A stretch of 63,955 nucleotides of DNA, the filler included, from Octopus bimaculoides (Eukaryota), in assembly GCF_001194135.2 (NCBI RefSeq). It is 7 parts of 7 records of this genome, joined end to end, with 100 filler letters (N's around TTAATTAATTAA, not from the genome) between each part and the next. Parts side by side here need not be neighbours in the genome. Positions count along the whole stretch, not along the records: positions 25,526 to 51,031 come from NC_068999.1; positions 51,132 to 55,089 come from NC_068989.1; positions 55,190 to 58,366 come from NC_068994.1; positions 58,467 to 60,846 come from NC_068996.1; positions 60,947 to 62,828 come from NW_026331139.1; 2 more parts are not named here. One strand, written 5' to 3'. The notes below the pieces were generated by a model, which was not told the DNA's origin, made no database searches, and saw only the letters and a list, made by a program, of their open reading frames with translations. Every line of letters begins with the position of its first letter. Position 1 is the first letter of the stretch. The translations under genes were made by a program, and so were the position numbers. Positions 50,691 to 61,356 of this stretch are shown piece by piece.

Positions 50691-51131
50691 TTAATATTAA
50701 AGGAATGACGACTAAACTATTTAATAAGATACGTCAGTGTTTCTCCTTTAAATATTAGGCTAGTAATACTGAGAAGAGTTGATTAATCGATACCATTTAC
50801 CCCTGAACTAGGCTGGTTCTTTATTTTACAGACCCTTGACGGATAAAAGGCAATGCTGACCCGAGAGCCATTTGAAATCATAATGTATAGACTTTGAAGA
50901 AATGACATTAAAATATTTTATTCTGAATTTCTAAACGCACTATCACCTCGCTGCATTAATATGATGATTAATAAGAGCGATATAGCAATATAGATTTAAC
51001 CATTATCAGAGCATCAAAAAGAATATATATANNNNNNNNNNNNNNNNNNNNNNNNNNNNNNNNNNNNNNNNNNNNTTAATTAATTAANNNNNNNNNNNNN
51101 NNNNNNNNNNNNNNNNNNNNNNNNNNNNNNN

Positions 51132-52015
51132 GCACTATCGAGCACTGGCCGTGCTTCGTTTTTTTTTTTCTTTTTCTTTGGGGCCACTGGAGTAGGGCGT
51201 ACTTCTGCCTTTGCCGGAAGGTCCTCCTCCTCCCCCAATGATTTTCGGTGGGCAACCATTGTTGCCCACCTTCCTTTTGTTTTCCTTTTTTCGAGGAGGT
51301 TTCCACCTCCTCAACTTCCTCCGTCTCTCCCTCCACTGGGGGAGCGGGGGGAACAACATTTGTTAACTGTTCCAGGACCTTATTCTGGTCCTGGGAACAG
51401 TCTTTCTTGATATGACCGGGTTTCAGACACCGGTGGCACTTGGGTTTACGTCCCTCAAGAATTACCGGATATTTATGGCCGGCCATCCTCAAAAAATCCG
51501 GAAATAGCAGATCCCTGGCTGATTGGGTCCATGGGGTCAAAACTGCTTTTGCCCCAACCCAATCAGCTGTAGGTAAAATTTTCACATTTAAGAGCTTTGC
51601 TGCACTGTCACCCAGACCCCGTCGGATAGTATCCTCTATCCAATCAGGTTCTATACCGGGTGGCAGCCCACAGATACAAGCTCTAGTTAATTTCTTCCCA
51701 CAGTATGTGGGAAGAAACAGAATTTTTTTCCCCTTCTAAGGGCTGGCTCGCAAACTTGTGAGCCACCTCAGGGATGTCAAATAGCAACCTAACCGTCGCG
51801 TATTTTACACCCCTTGTCATAAACTTAATAGTTGGCAGATATTCTGCCAACTCTTTTTCAATTTCAATTTTGAGAAAGACCGTAATGGTGTCGAGTAACC
51901 TAGAGTAGGTCCGTAATACCACCGTTCTTTCCCTGAAATCATTTAACCACTTCTTGGGTGGGATAATCTCCCACTCCACAGCAGTGGCTTTATTTTTCTT
52001 TATGTTCTCTGCCAT
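51132..52015 (-). mobile_element. ORF1 (gag-like, CCHC knuckle) of a non-LTR retrotransposon, probably Tx1/L1-like; one frameshift near 51725; runs into a gap
   Basis: MAENIKKNKATAVEWEII...KFASQPLEG / KILFLPTYCGKKLTRACICGLPPGIEPDWI...YPVILEGRKPKCHRCLKPGHIKKDC (Cx2Cx4Hx4C), then an acidic/basic low-complexity tail. The frames join by removing one base in GGGGAAAAAAA. Confidence 0.8.
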
Positions 52016-52562
52016 GATAAAAATGTCCACATAAAAATTAAACAACGAAAAATTTTAAAAACATGCAAAAAGAGAAAACAGTTAGAAAAANNNNNNNNNN
52101 NNNNNNNNNNNNNNNNNNNNNNNNNNNNNNNNNNNNNNNNNNNNNNNNNNNNNNNNNNCAAGAGGAAAACTTTTCTTCAAATTTATTAGCTTTCAAAACT
52201 TGGTTTGAAAACAATAAATTCCTTTTCTTTTTTAAACAAAGTTCACAATATTTATTTGTAGTTTTCAAATCGTGGCTTGAAAACAACAAACTTTTACAAA
52301 TTGAGTTCACAATTTTTGGAGGAGTGATACCTCCAAAACACTCTTCTCACCGCTAAGTGAGACTTTAAGCACAACCACAGGCAGACAAATGTGTGGAATT
52401 CAGTGGAGATTTCTTGTTCGACATAAATATAAATAAACACGAGCAACAAACCCCCACTAAATCCCCAAAACACAAAAGTCTTACCTGTAGTTGTACGTCA
52501 AAAATTCACGATGCCGGCATTCAGCGACGTGACAACAGGAGCGACAAAAAACACGTCCTCTC

Positions 52563-52601
52563 GGTAAGCAATGCTACTTGCCACACAGCCACTCCTGCGC
52601 C
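52563..52601 (-). mobile_element. First ~39 nt of a family B SINE head, interrupted at its 3' side
   Basis: Minus strand GGCGCAGGAGTGGCTGTGTGGCAAGTAGCATTGCTTACC is followed by GAGAGGACGTG instead of the (A)ACCACATGG-type continuation seen in other copies. Confidence 0.85.
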
Positions 52602-53894
52602 TGTTGTTGAATTTTTCTTTCACTTTCTTGAAACTTCAAATGAAAGTTTATCAATATTATTTACATTTGACAGATATTTGCCCTCATCTTGTTTGTTGTT
52701 AATCAGGAGTCTTGGAGAAATTTCAAACCTGTGTTCTCATTCCTAAGGTATATAGTGGACATGAAGGTTTAGATACCTGTTGAGTATCTCCTCCCATTGT
52801 AATTGTTTTGTAGTTTCACGGAGCTGGAACGGGTCGCCGATATGTGATGTCCGTTGAAGCGAAGTGATGAGAATGGCTCCTTAGTACATCATACGGTCAA
52901 TGAATATAAATAGGACAATGCATATATGTGCTAGAGGGAAGTAAGAGAAACAACCGGGAAGAATGTTTAAGAGAAGATTTATTGATATGTTAACATATGT
53001 GATTGTGTGTGCGTCATGTATACAGAATAATAGACAGGCCGTCATAAGAATAAGATGTATGCGTGTGTATGTAGGCATAGATGTATGCATGTTAAGAATA
53101 TATAAGGATGGCGATGAAGAAGAGACAGTGAAAGAGTCTATAGCCATCGAAGTGAGGAGTAAGTTCACAGACACAAGAACAATAAATACCAATTCGTAGT
53201 CAAGTGTACACGATAGTTGAAATACTGTATCAAGAAGTTGCGGTGGTGATGCAGAGCTGGTTGCGGTACATGTACGTGAAGTAGTGACTGTGATGCTGCT
53301 ACCTGGGTCACTTGGTACAGGAGTTCTCACAGGTTGTATATTCACTGTTGATCCATGGTAAAGTAGTTCGCAAACAGTGCAGTGTTGTAACTTGGGTGAG
53401 TTGCTTGTTGAGTTGTGTATGTAGAGAGATGTTGACGTTAGGAAGAATGGTAGCAGCGAAGATGGAGGTCGCTGAATGCTGTTGGACGAAGTTGATGAGT
53501 CTCCACGTGGCTGTAGTTGTGTTGTCGTTGGAACTGGCAGTGTTTTGTGTGGTCAGTGGCTAGACCATAAAAAGTCTGAAACCAAAGACATCGAGACGAG
53601 GAAAAGTTAGTTTTTTTAATAAGGTGTTGTAGGCTCAGCTGAGATAGAAAACAGGCTGTCATAAGTGACCTTATTTGAAGGCTGTGATTGGTTGGGTTGC
53701 ATATTGGCACGCAATACAGCAAGAAACAAGTTGTGCCAATACCAACCAATCAGAGTAGTGGACACAACAGGGTCCAAAATGCGACCAAAAGCTAGCTGTT
53801 ATCTACTCCGTTCGTATGTATGGATATATAATAGAGCGGAGAAGAATTTCACTCAAGTATCCGCTACAGGTATGTTTTGATATTATTATTATTC

Positions 53895-54203
53895 AGGGCC
53901 GTTGCCAGTACCGCCTGACTGGCTCCCGTAGGATTTTCGAGCGAGATCGTTGCCAGTGCCCCTGGACTGGCTTGTGCGGGTGGCACATAAAAGACACCAT
54001 TTCGAGCGTGGCCGTTTTCGTGCGGGTGACACGTAAAAGCACCCACTACACTCTCTGAGTGGTTGGCGTTAGGAAGGGCATCCAGCTGTAGAAACTCTGC
54101 CAAATTAGACTGGAGCCTGGTGTTGCCATCCGGTTTCACCAGTCCTCAGTCAAATCGTCCAACCCATGCTAGCATGGAAAGCGGGCGTTAAACGATGATG
54201 ATA
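53895..54203 (+). mobile_element. SINE-like repeat family C with internal repeated modules and a (GAT)n tail
   Basis: Repeated TTGCCAGT....ACTGGC and GTGCGGGTG.CAC.TAAAAG.CACC modules, then GTTGGCGTTAGGAAGGGCATCCAGCTGTAGAAAC and tail CCCATGCTAGCATGGAAAGCGG.CGTTAAACGATGATG. The 3' part recurs at ~61078-61200. Confidence 0.85.
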
Positions 54204-54263
54204 ATGTCACTGCCTGGAATTGAACTTGGAATCTTGGGGTTAGTAGCCCGCGCTCTTAACCAC
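54204..54263 (-). mobile_element. tRNA-like SINE head fragment (family D)
   Basis: Minus strand GTGGTTAAGAGCGCGGGCTACTAACCCCAAGATTCCAAGTTCAATTCCAGGCAGTGAC has A-box and B-box-like motifs. Confidence 0.6.
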
Positions 54264-54371
54264 ATAAATATGTAAATAATGTACATAATTCTTCATCTGT
54301 TAAATATAGAACTGGAAGTTTATCAAGTTGTGAATTTTTCCAACCCCCCTGCCCCCCATCCCGGCTTGGAT

Positions 54372-55089
54372 ACAGAGTCGTGCAGGTGGGGTGAGGGGGA
54401 GAAGATAACTCATGTCAGCACCTGAACTCACTACACAATAATGTAAATATGTTGCAAAGAATGAAAGTATGGAAATTCCTCCTAAAAATGCTTTATTCTG
54501 TAGTGATGAGTTTTTATCATGACAGGTTGACTGATTTACTTTCAGTTTGACTGTTTTAAAATAGGCCTGTGTTTTTTCATGCTTGTTTTGGATTATCTTG
54601 TATAGAAGTATGGGGGTGGTGGGGTCTCCCCCTTTATATTTCTACTTGCTTTTTTTTTTTTCAAGCATTGTAGTTATATTTGTGGTTTTACCAGTAGATA
54701 TTAAATGTAAGATTAGAATGAAATATGATGTTCTCAGGTTTATATCAGAACACAGTTTTAGGATTTATGTAGATTTTACTTTTCCATTTATAAGTTGGCC
54801 ACCCTGCATCTTGAATCAGCATTCTTCACCTCAAGAATTTGTAAGCAGCAAACATAAGAATTGTTAATGACGAATGAAAGAATTCTTAGCAGCAAACTGA
54901 TAAGTTGTGTTTTCAATTTTATTTTTTTATTAATCATTTAATTTATTTTCTTGCTTCCCACTACATTATAATGAGCAAAGAAAAAACAAAGTTGTACCAG
55001 CAAAAATTCCGAAAGGAATGGCTTAAGATGCCAGCATTTACTAAGTGGTTGTGTGAAGTACCTAGTGACCAATCTAAAACACATTGCAG
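54372..55089 (+). mobile_element. Probable hAT-type DNA transposon 5' end with transposase start (ATG 54971), cut by a join gap
   Basis: MSKEKTKLYQQKFRKEWLKMPAFTKWLCEVPSDQSKTHC resembles the Y.QK(Y/F)R.EW....F..WL.......KA.C N-terminal zinc finger of hAT/ZNF862-like transposases. A G/C-rich putative terminus lies upstream. Confidence 0.6.
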
Positions 55090-55563
55090 NNNNNNNNNNN
55101 NNNNNNNNNNNNNNNNNNNNNNNNNNNNNNNNNTTAATTAATTAANNNNNNNNNNNNNNNNNNNNNNNNNNNNNNNNNNNNNNNNNNNNTATATATATAT
55201 GTATGTATGTATGTATTTATGGCTGTGTTTATTTATACTTATGTGCGTGTGTGTTAAAATAGTGAATCAGATAAAATACGCACATACATAAATACACACA
55301 CACACATGCTCACATATAATTAAATTCTTTTTTTTTGGGAATAGTATATCTCGAAGCACACATATAAATCTATAAACATGTAAATACTGGGTTTATAGCT
55401 TTATGTGTCTACTTCTGGATATATTATTATATTCCCCCAAAAATTATTATTTCACGATCTCTCGAAAGGTTATATATATATACTGCTATGAAATTTAGAC
55501 AAACAAGTTTATATATATCCGAGTTTGTTACTTTATTAATGGTTCTGTGCACAGAAAGTAGAT

Positions 55564-55610
55564 AATCTTTCTCTGATGAAGGTCTCATCAGACCAGAAAC
55601 TAGAGAGATC
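55564..55610 (+). ncRNA. Degenerate hammerhead-like motif
   Basis: ATCTTTCT-CTGATGA-A-GGTCT-CATC-AGACC-A-GAAA-CT-AGAGAGAT. Stems I and II are present, but stem III and the cleavage triplet are truncated. Confidence 0.45.
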
Positions 55611-55960
55611 GACCAGTTCGGCATTTACTTACCAAGTGGCGAAGTTCAGCTATGGATTAAGTCTGCAGATCAAACTCTCTTGATGTTGTCTTCATTACGT
55701 AGATAACATCATATGGGTCGGAAAGGTGCTTCTCTGAAAGTATTCCCTGCCTGACGACTAGAGATATACAACCAGAAAAGTTGCAATCCTCAGCTGCACA
55801 AAGACATAAAATTTAATTAAATTAGAACTGATACTGGGTATCAGTCATTATAAATACAAGCTAATTAAGTAAATTAACAATTTTAGTTTTAAATACTTGA
55901 ATTATTACTTATTTTCTATAGATCATCTCTATTGAAGTTACTAAGTTGTATATATACTTC

Positions 55961-56492
55961 ATCATGATTTTAGTGATTAAGCTATTTTATATCCTTTTCT
56001 ATGGTGTTTCTACCCTACCTGACCATTTTAATACTTTATAATTGCCTCCAGACAAACCTAAATGTTTGTACCCCTATAAATTCATACTTAGCTTATAAAA
56101 CAATATGGGTATCTTCATAACTTAAAATTAAACTGCTTAGATTATTATTTGACTAATTTATAGTAAATTTGGTCTCTCACCTCAATGATAAACCTTCCTG
56201 ATAACCCTAAATTTTAACTTTATACAAAAATGACATTGTTTTACTTAAATTATTATACATTTTCGATAAATATTTGCTATTGGTGTTAATAAGGTATGAA
56301 TATTTTATTATGGTTTTAGTGATTAAGCTGTCTTTATTCCTTTTCTATGATGTTCTACCCTAACTGATCATTTTATTATCATTGTTATTATCATTATTTT
56401 ATAGTAGTCTTAAATAAATCTAATACTTGTACCCCTATTATTTCATACTCAGCTTATATAAGATAATACCGGTGTCTCGACAACTTAAAATA
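55961..56492 (+). repeat. Diverged direct repeat (~170-185 bp units at 55961-56130 and 56308-56492)
   Basis: Shared TTTTAGTGATTAAGCT..CCTTTTCTATG.TGTT.CTACCCTA.CTGA.CATTTTA...TTGTACCCCTAT..TTCATACT.AGCTTATA...AACTTAAAAT. Confidence 0.8.
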
Positions 56493-57424
56493 ATTCAATT
56501 TAATTAAATCAGTATACAATTAATATGTTCTTTAACCTCAGCTGGTCCACTATTAAATACCAGGTAGATCTAATTGATCAATCTCTATAGAAACCATATA
56601 ATAAGTTAATATTTAGATAAGTAATAAGTAAATAAATATTAAACTATTTTTTGAGCGACACATTTTTCCATTCGAGTCAACGCAAAATTACAGATAGTAT
56701 TTATGGAATTTTGATTTACTGTCAGATGACTTTCGGCCAATCCCGTATATACCTACACACTCGAAAAATTGTGCGCATGACACCACTACACATATCACAT
56801 ACCCAAACCCCACCGGAGCACCACATTAATAATGCATACCCTCCCCACTTCAAGATAACTCTTACCGGCTTCACAACATAACTCCTAACCTAATCCCCTA
56901 GCCCTTTTTTGTTGTACTAATCCACCCCAACGATAGATAGCAGTAGCCATATTCCCTTCCACATCGGCTAACTCTGATGAGCGTAAAGTTATATAATCGG
57001 ATTATTACCTAACATTCCATTGTAGTCTTTAGGCGAAGCCGATTGGTAAGATCAACCACGATGAATATTTAATAATATACATTTCGATAATATATATATG
57101 CATATATACTTTCCACCACCGGAAAGTATTGTGGTTCACACCGTCATTCTCTTTAAATGTTAAGACCGGAGTAGGTGAGATCTTTCTTTGTTTAGTTGAT
57201 AGACACTTGCCCCGTACCAATAAATTCAACAAAATATTTAATAGACATACTCTGAGAACCTAGCTGTGAACCTAGTGTAAAAGAGATTTTAGTAGGTAGG
57301 TTCACACCTGAGGCAGAGGCAGGATGCTCATGCAGGGGTAATACAACTTGTCCACTGAACGGCCACTGCAATGCGGAGACAGTTGTTTACGAGGCAGAAG
57401 TAACAGTAACAGAACCCAATGGAC

Positions 57425-57700
57425 AACCGAGCGTGCAGAAGTGGTTAGAGTGTTGCACTCACGATTGCGAAATCGAGGGTTCAATTCCCAGACCGGGCGT
57501 TGCGTTGTGTTCTTGAGGAAAGCACTTCATTTCATGTTGCTCTGCGATCATTTCGACATCTGACATGTGGCACCCAATTGCACCTGTAGAGGTAGTGTCG
57601 ATTTGATGAAGGGAGTGAGCTTATGTCTACACGAACATTTGATCACTTTAAATAAAATCATCTGTATGGTTATTCAGTAAGAAACTGTCGAACCCTCATA
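57425..57700 (+). mobile_element. tRNA-derived SINE (family E)
   Basis: AGAAGTGGTTAGAGTGTTGCACTCACGATTGCGAAATCGAGGGTTCAATTCCCAGACCGGGCG (A/B box), then GTGTTCTTGAGGAAAGCACTT. Confidence 0.65.
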
Positions 57701-58584
57701 CGTTGCCTATATAATAAATGAAAATACAGATTAAAAACAGGATATCACCAACGCGAGAAAAATATGTAAACTCACAACGAGAGATAAGTATGGGACAAAA
57801 TGCCAAAAGAAGTCTAAACACTCCTCAGTTGTCGACTGTAATATTACTCCCTGTTTCATGCTTTTAACGACAAAACAGGAAGACTTCATAAGACAGCAGC
57901 ATCCAGAAATTTTTAAGATATAAAATTTGTGGAATGTTAGGGTTTCGAACGAACAAACGACACCAGAGTGGACGTACAGAAGTAAACAATCGACGAAGAC
58001 AGACATTTAGGGCTGTTAGACCAAGACGAATTGTAATGGGTAATGCCTGGGAGAAATTTTGAAAGGATATAGAATAAATAGTAGAGGAGAAAAAATATTT
58101 TAATTCAAGAGTCTTATGGATTGAATTGGATCTCTTCTGATTGATCTCTTCAGAGAATGAATGTTGGTACCGTTACTGAAATCCTCTCAACATTGCTAAC
58201 TTGGGAAGACATGGTGAGGCGGCACAAAACGATTTCAGCCTGCTCTTTTTCGTGCTAAATATCACAATGGGGTATTTCATTGATTCTTACAAAAACTTGT
58301 GCCAGTATGTCCAAACGCCAATTTTGCTGGTACACATGGTATATGTACATATGCACACATAATTATNNNNNNNNNNNNNNNNNNNNNNNNNNNNNNNNNN
58401 NNNNNNNNNNTTAATTAATTAANNNNNNNNNNNNNNNNNNNNNNNNNNNNNNNNNNNNNNNNNNNNCTGTTCACTGACAAAATTCTGTGCTGCATCTGAG
58501 AATGTAATAGTTAGTTCATGATATATATGTACATGTGTATGTATGTATGTATGTATGTATGTATGTATGTATGTATGTGCGTGT

Positions 58585-58695
58585 ACCCCTGCCGGAGCCT
58601 CGTGGAGCTTTAGGTGTTTTCGCTCAATAAACACTCACAACGCCCAGTCTGGGAATCGAAACTGCGATCCTATGACTGCGAGTCCACATTGCGCC
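58585..58695 (-). mobile_element. SINE head related to family E
   Basis: Minus strand GGACTCGCAGTCATAGGATCGCAGTTTCGATTCCCAGACTGGGCGTTGTGAGTG shares TCRATTCCCAGACYGGGCGTTG with the 57425 copy. Confidence 0.6.
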
Positions 58696-58740
<45 letters not shown>

Positions 58741-58754
58741 GGGTACAGGACGGA

Positions 58755-59253
58755 TGGCTAATTCACAATTTTACAACCTAAAGGTAGAAATGTAAGTCAC
58801 TAATGTTGCAAAGGGCATTAATCAGCACCAGTATTGCTAGAAATAAGAGTGAAAGCAACTCAATAGCCACAGAAAGCCCTATGTTAATGACTGACAAGGG
58901 AAACAAGTTCACTACAGCAGCAGATAAAGCTAGATCATCGATGATTTTACATTTTGATGCTTATCTATTTCAATGCTCATCAGTGGCTCTCACTGCACCT
59001 AGGGTTAAACTCAGCTCGCCTTGTCAGTCTATAAGATTACCGTTGAGATCATACACTGATTTCATAAATGGTGTAAATTATAAACAATATGGGTGGATAA
59101 TTCGCAATTTTACAACTTAAAGGTAAAAACGTCACTAAAGTGAGGTTACCTCCCTTGTCAGTCATTAAAATGGGGGTTTCTGTGGCTGTTGTGTTGTTTT
59201 GATTCTTATTTCTAGCAATACTGGAGTTGATTTGTGCCCTTTGCCACTTTAGT
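58755..59253. repeat. Direct repeat D (58755-58798, 59094-59133), each followed by a ~120-bp MITE-like unit in opposite orientation (58799-58915, 59134-59253)
   Basis: D = TGG.TAATTC.CAATTTTACAAC.TAAAGGTA.AAA..GTC. The units are reverse complements of each other; the second has its own termini ACTAAAGTG...CACTTTAGT. Confidence 0.85.
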
Positions 59254-59417
59254 CATATGTTCGGATGTTTTATTAGTGTCTCTTGCGTTCTTGTTCCATT
59301 TTTGGGATTTATATATACATATAGCAGCGTACATTCACTTTTGCTCACATTATACACACACACACACATACAGATATATACATAAATATGTGTGTATGTG
59401 TATATATGTATGTATAT

Positions 59418-59464
<47 letters not shown>

Positions 59465-59465
59465 C

Positions 59466-59514
<49 letters not shown>

Positions 59515-59520
59515 GCAAAA

Positions 59521-59889
59521 CGAATACCCCTGGTGATTTAAAATAATTTAATTAGGGTAAGGGGAATTTGAAGTCTTACGGCCATTTCTATGATAGTCCA
59601 AGTGGTGGGTTCACATGTGTATATTCTGGGTATCCTGTCATCAGAGACAAGTTACAAATATATTTGGCAGGAAAAAATTTACAGTTTACAAGGAATTACA
59701 TTTTCTCTCTCAAAAATATTCATACTTTGTCTCTGATGACGAAATGCCCAGTGCATGGATATGCAAGCCTACCATTTGGATTATCCCAGATACATGCTAA
59801 CCCACCACTTGGATTATCTCAGAAACGGGTGTAAGATTTCAAATTCACTTTGGCCTAATTAAATCATTCTAAATGACTTGAGATACTCG
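59521..59889. mobile_element. MITE with ~110-bp TIRs, Tc1/mariner-like ends
   Basis: CGAATACC..GATTTAAAATAATTTAATTAGG..GAATTTGAAGTCTTAC..GATAGTCCAAGTGGTGGGTT mirrors AACCCACCACTTGGATTATC..GTAAGATTTCAAATTC..CCTAATTAAATCATTCTAAATGAC..GATACTCG-TA. Confidence 0.85.
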
Positions 59890-59952
59890 TACTGCCTTCG
59901 TTTTGCTTTTTCGACTAATATAATATAATATAATATAATATAATATAATATA

Positions 59953-60008
<56 letters not shown>

Positions 60009-60799
60009 TTGTGCGTGTGTGTGTGTGTGTGTGTGTAAATGTGCTTCACGTAGGTTTTGGTGAAGAAAGACTTATGTTAAACATTGTGAGTTCATATATA
60101 TGTGTGTATGTGTGTGTATGAGAGACAGAGAGAGAGAGAGAGAGAGGAGGAGGAGTGTATGTGTGCCTCAGACACTCACACATATACATACATACATACA
60201 TACATATCCACTCACAAACCTACATATATATACATACACACACATTCACTAAATTACTCCAACGTCAAATAAAAAGACACATCCCTATACTTCAGCATTT
60301 TCACACATCACGCACATGTACTATACAAACAGATAAAAGAACAAATAAAGTCAACCGCTGAGACACGCGCACATCGCCGCTCAATTCGGGCTCTTTGACT
60401 AACTGACACTTTTGCCTATGTTTAAAGAACTAAACCTTCCATTATCAAAGTGTCGCTATTACTATTCTTCTTAGTAATCCTCTTCTATTCATAACTTTAC
60501 GCCTCTGTATTTCCACAGCTGTCCATTCGACATCCACAAAACTATTGTATAATTGTTCTTTTAATTTTTACCACATGTCTCTCTCTCTCTCTCTCTCTCC
60601 CTCTCTCTCTCCATAACTCCACACTATTTCTCTTCTCTTGTCTTCTATTCATCTCAGTTTCCTAATCTTCTTATAAATCCTGACCTATTCTATTCTTTTC
60701 TTTTCTCCCCTGACGTCCCCATACTTATAAACTCTACAGTTGATATTCATACCTTTGTGTTTATACAATTATTGTCATTTCGTTGTCATTGTGTAGCAG

Positions 60800-60846
<47 letters not shown>

Positions 60847-60946
60847 NNNNNNNNNNNNNNNNNNNNNNNNNNNNNNNNNNNNNNNNNNNNTTAATTAATT
60901 AANNNNNNNNNNNNNNNNNNNNNNNNNNNNNNNNNNNNNNNNNNNN

Positions 60947-61219
60947 CGCTAAGCATTTCGCCCGGCATGCTAACGATTCTGCCAGCTCGCCACCTTGGGT
61001 ACCTTGGGCAAATATCTTCTGCTATAACCTTGTGAGTGGATCTGGTTGATGGAAACTGGAAGAAGCCCATCTGGTGTGTCCAGCTGTAGAGACTCTGCCA
61101 AATCAGATTGGAGGCTGGTGTTGCCATCTGGTTTCACCAGTCTTCAGTCAAATCGGCCAACTCATGCTAGCATGGAAAGCGGACGTTAAACATTGATGAT
61201 GATGATGATGATGATGATG

Positions 61220-61260
<41 letters not shown>

Positions 61261-61356
61261 ATGCGTTTGTGTCTTTTTGCCCCACCCACCATCACTTGAC
61301 AACTTATATTCTTCGAAAGAGACCAATAGAATAAGAACCAGGCTTACAGAGAATAA
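60947..61356. mobile_element. SINE mosaic: family A head (-), family B core (+), family C 3' end (+), microsatellite, family B 3' body (+)
   Basis: Segment-by-segment matches to the 9272, 63543 and 53895 copies. Confidence 0.8.

Noticed and set aside
51715-51740. Programmed ribosomal frameshift in ORF1 at GGGGAAAAAAA
   Set aside because: The required shift is +1, not the classic -1, and the in-frame heptamer is not X XXY YYZ; an indel or sequencing error is simpler.
56965-57010. CTGATGAGCG as a hammerhead start
   Set aside because: No downstream GAAA at a suitable position and no closing stems.
58960-58990. Minus-strand CTGATGAGCATTGAAAT as a hammerhead
   Set aside because: Stem II is trivial and stem I does not pair.
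59725-59765. CTGATGA-C-GAAA with an ATGC/GCAT stem as an ultra-minimal hammerhead
   Set aside because: No stem II, the position-17 base would be G, and stem I does not pair; it lies inside a MITE.
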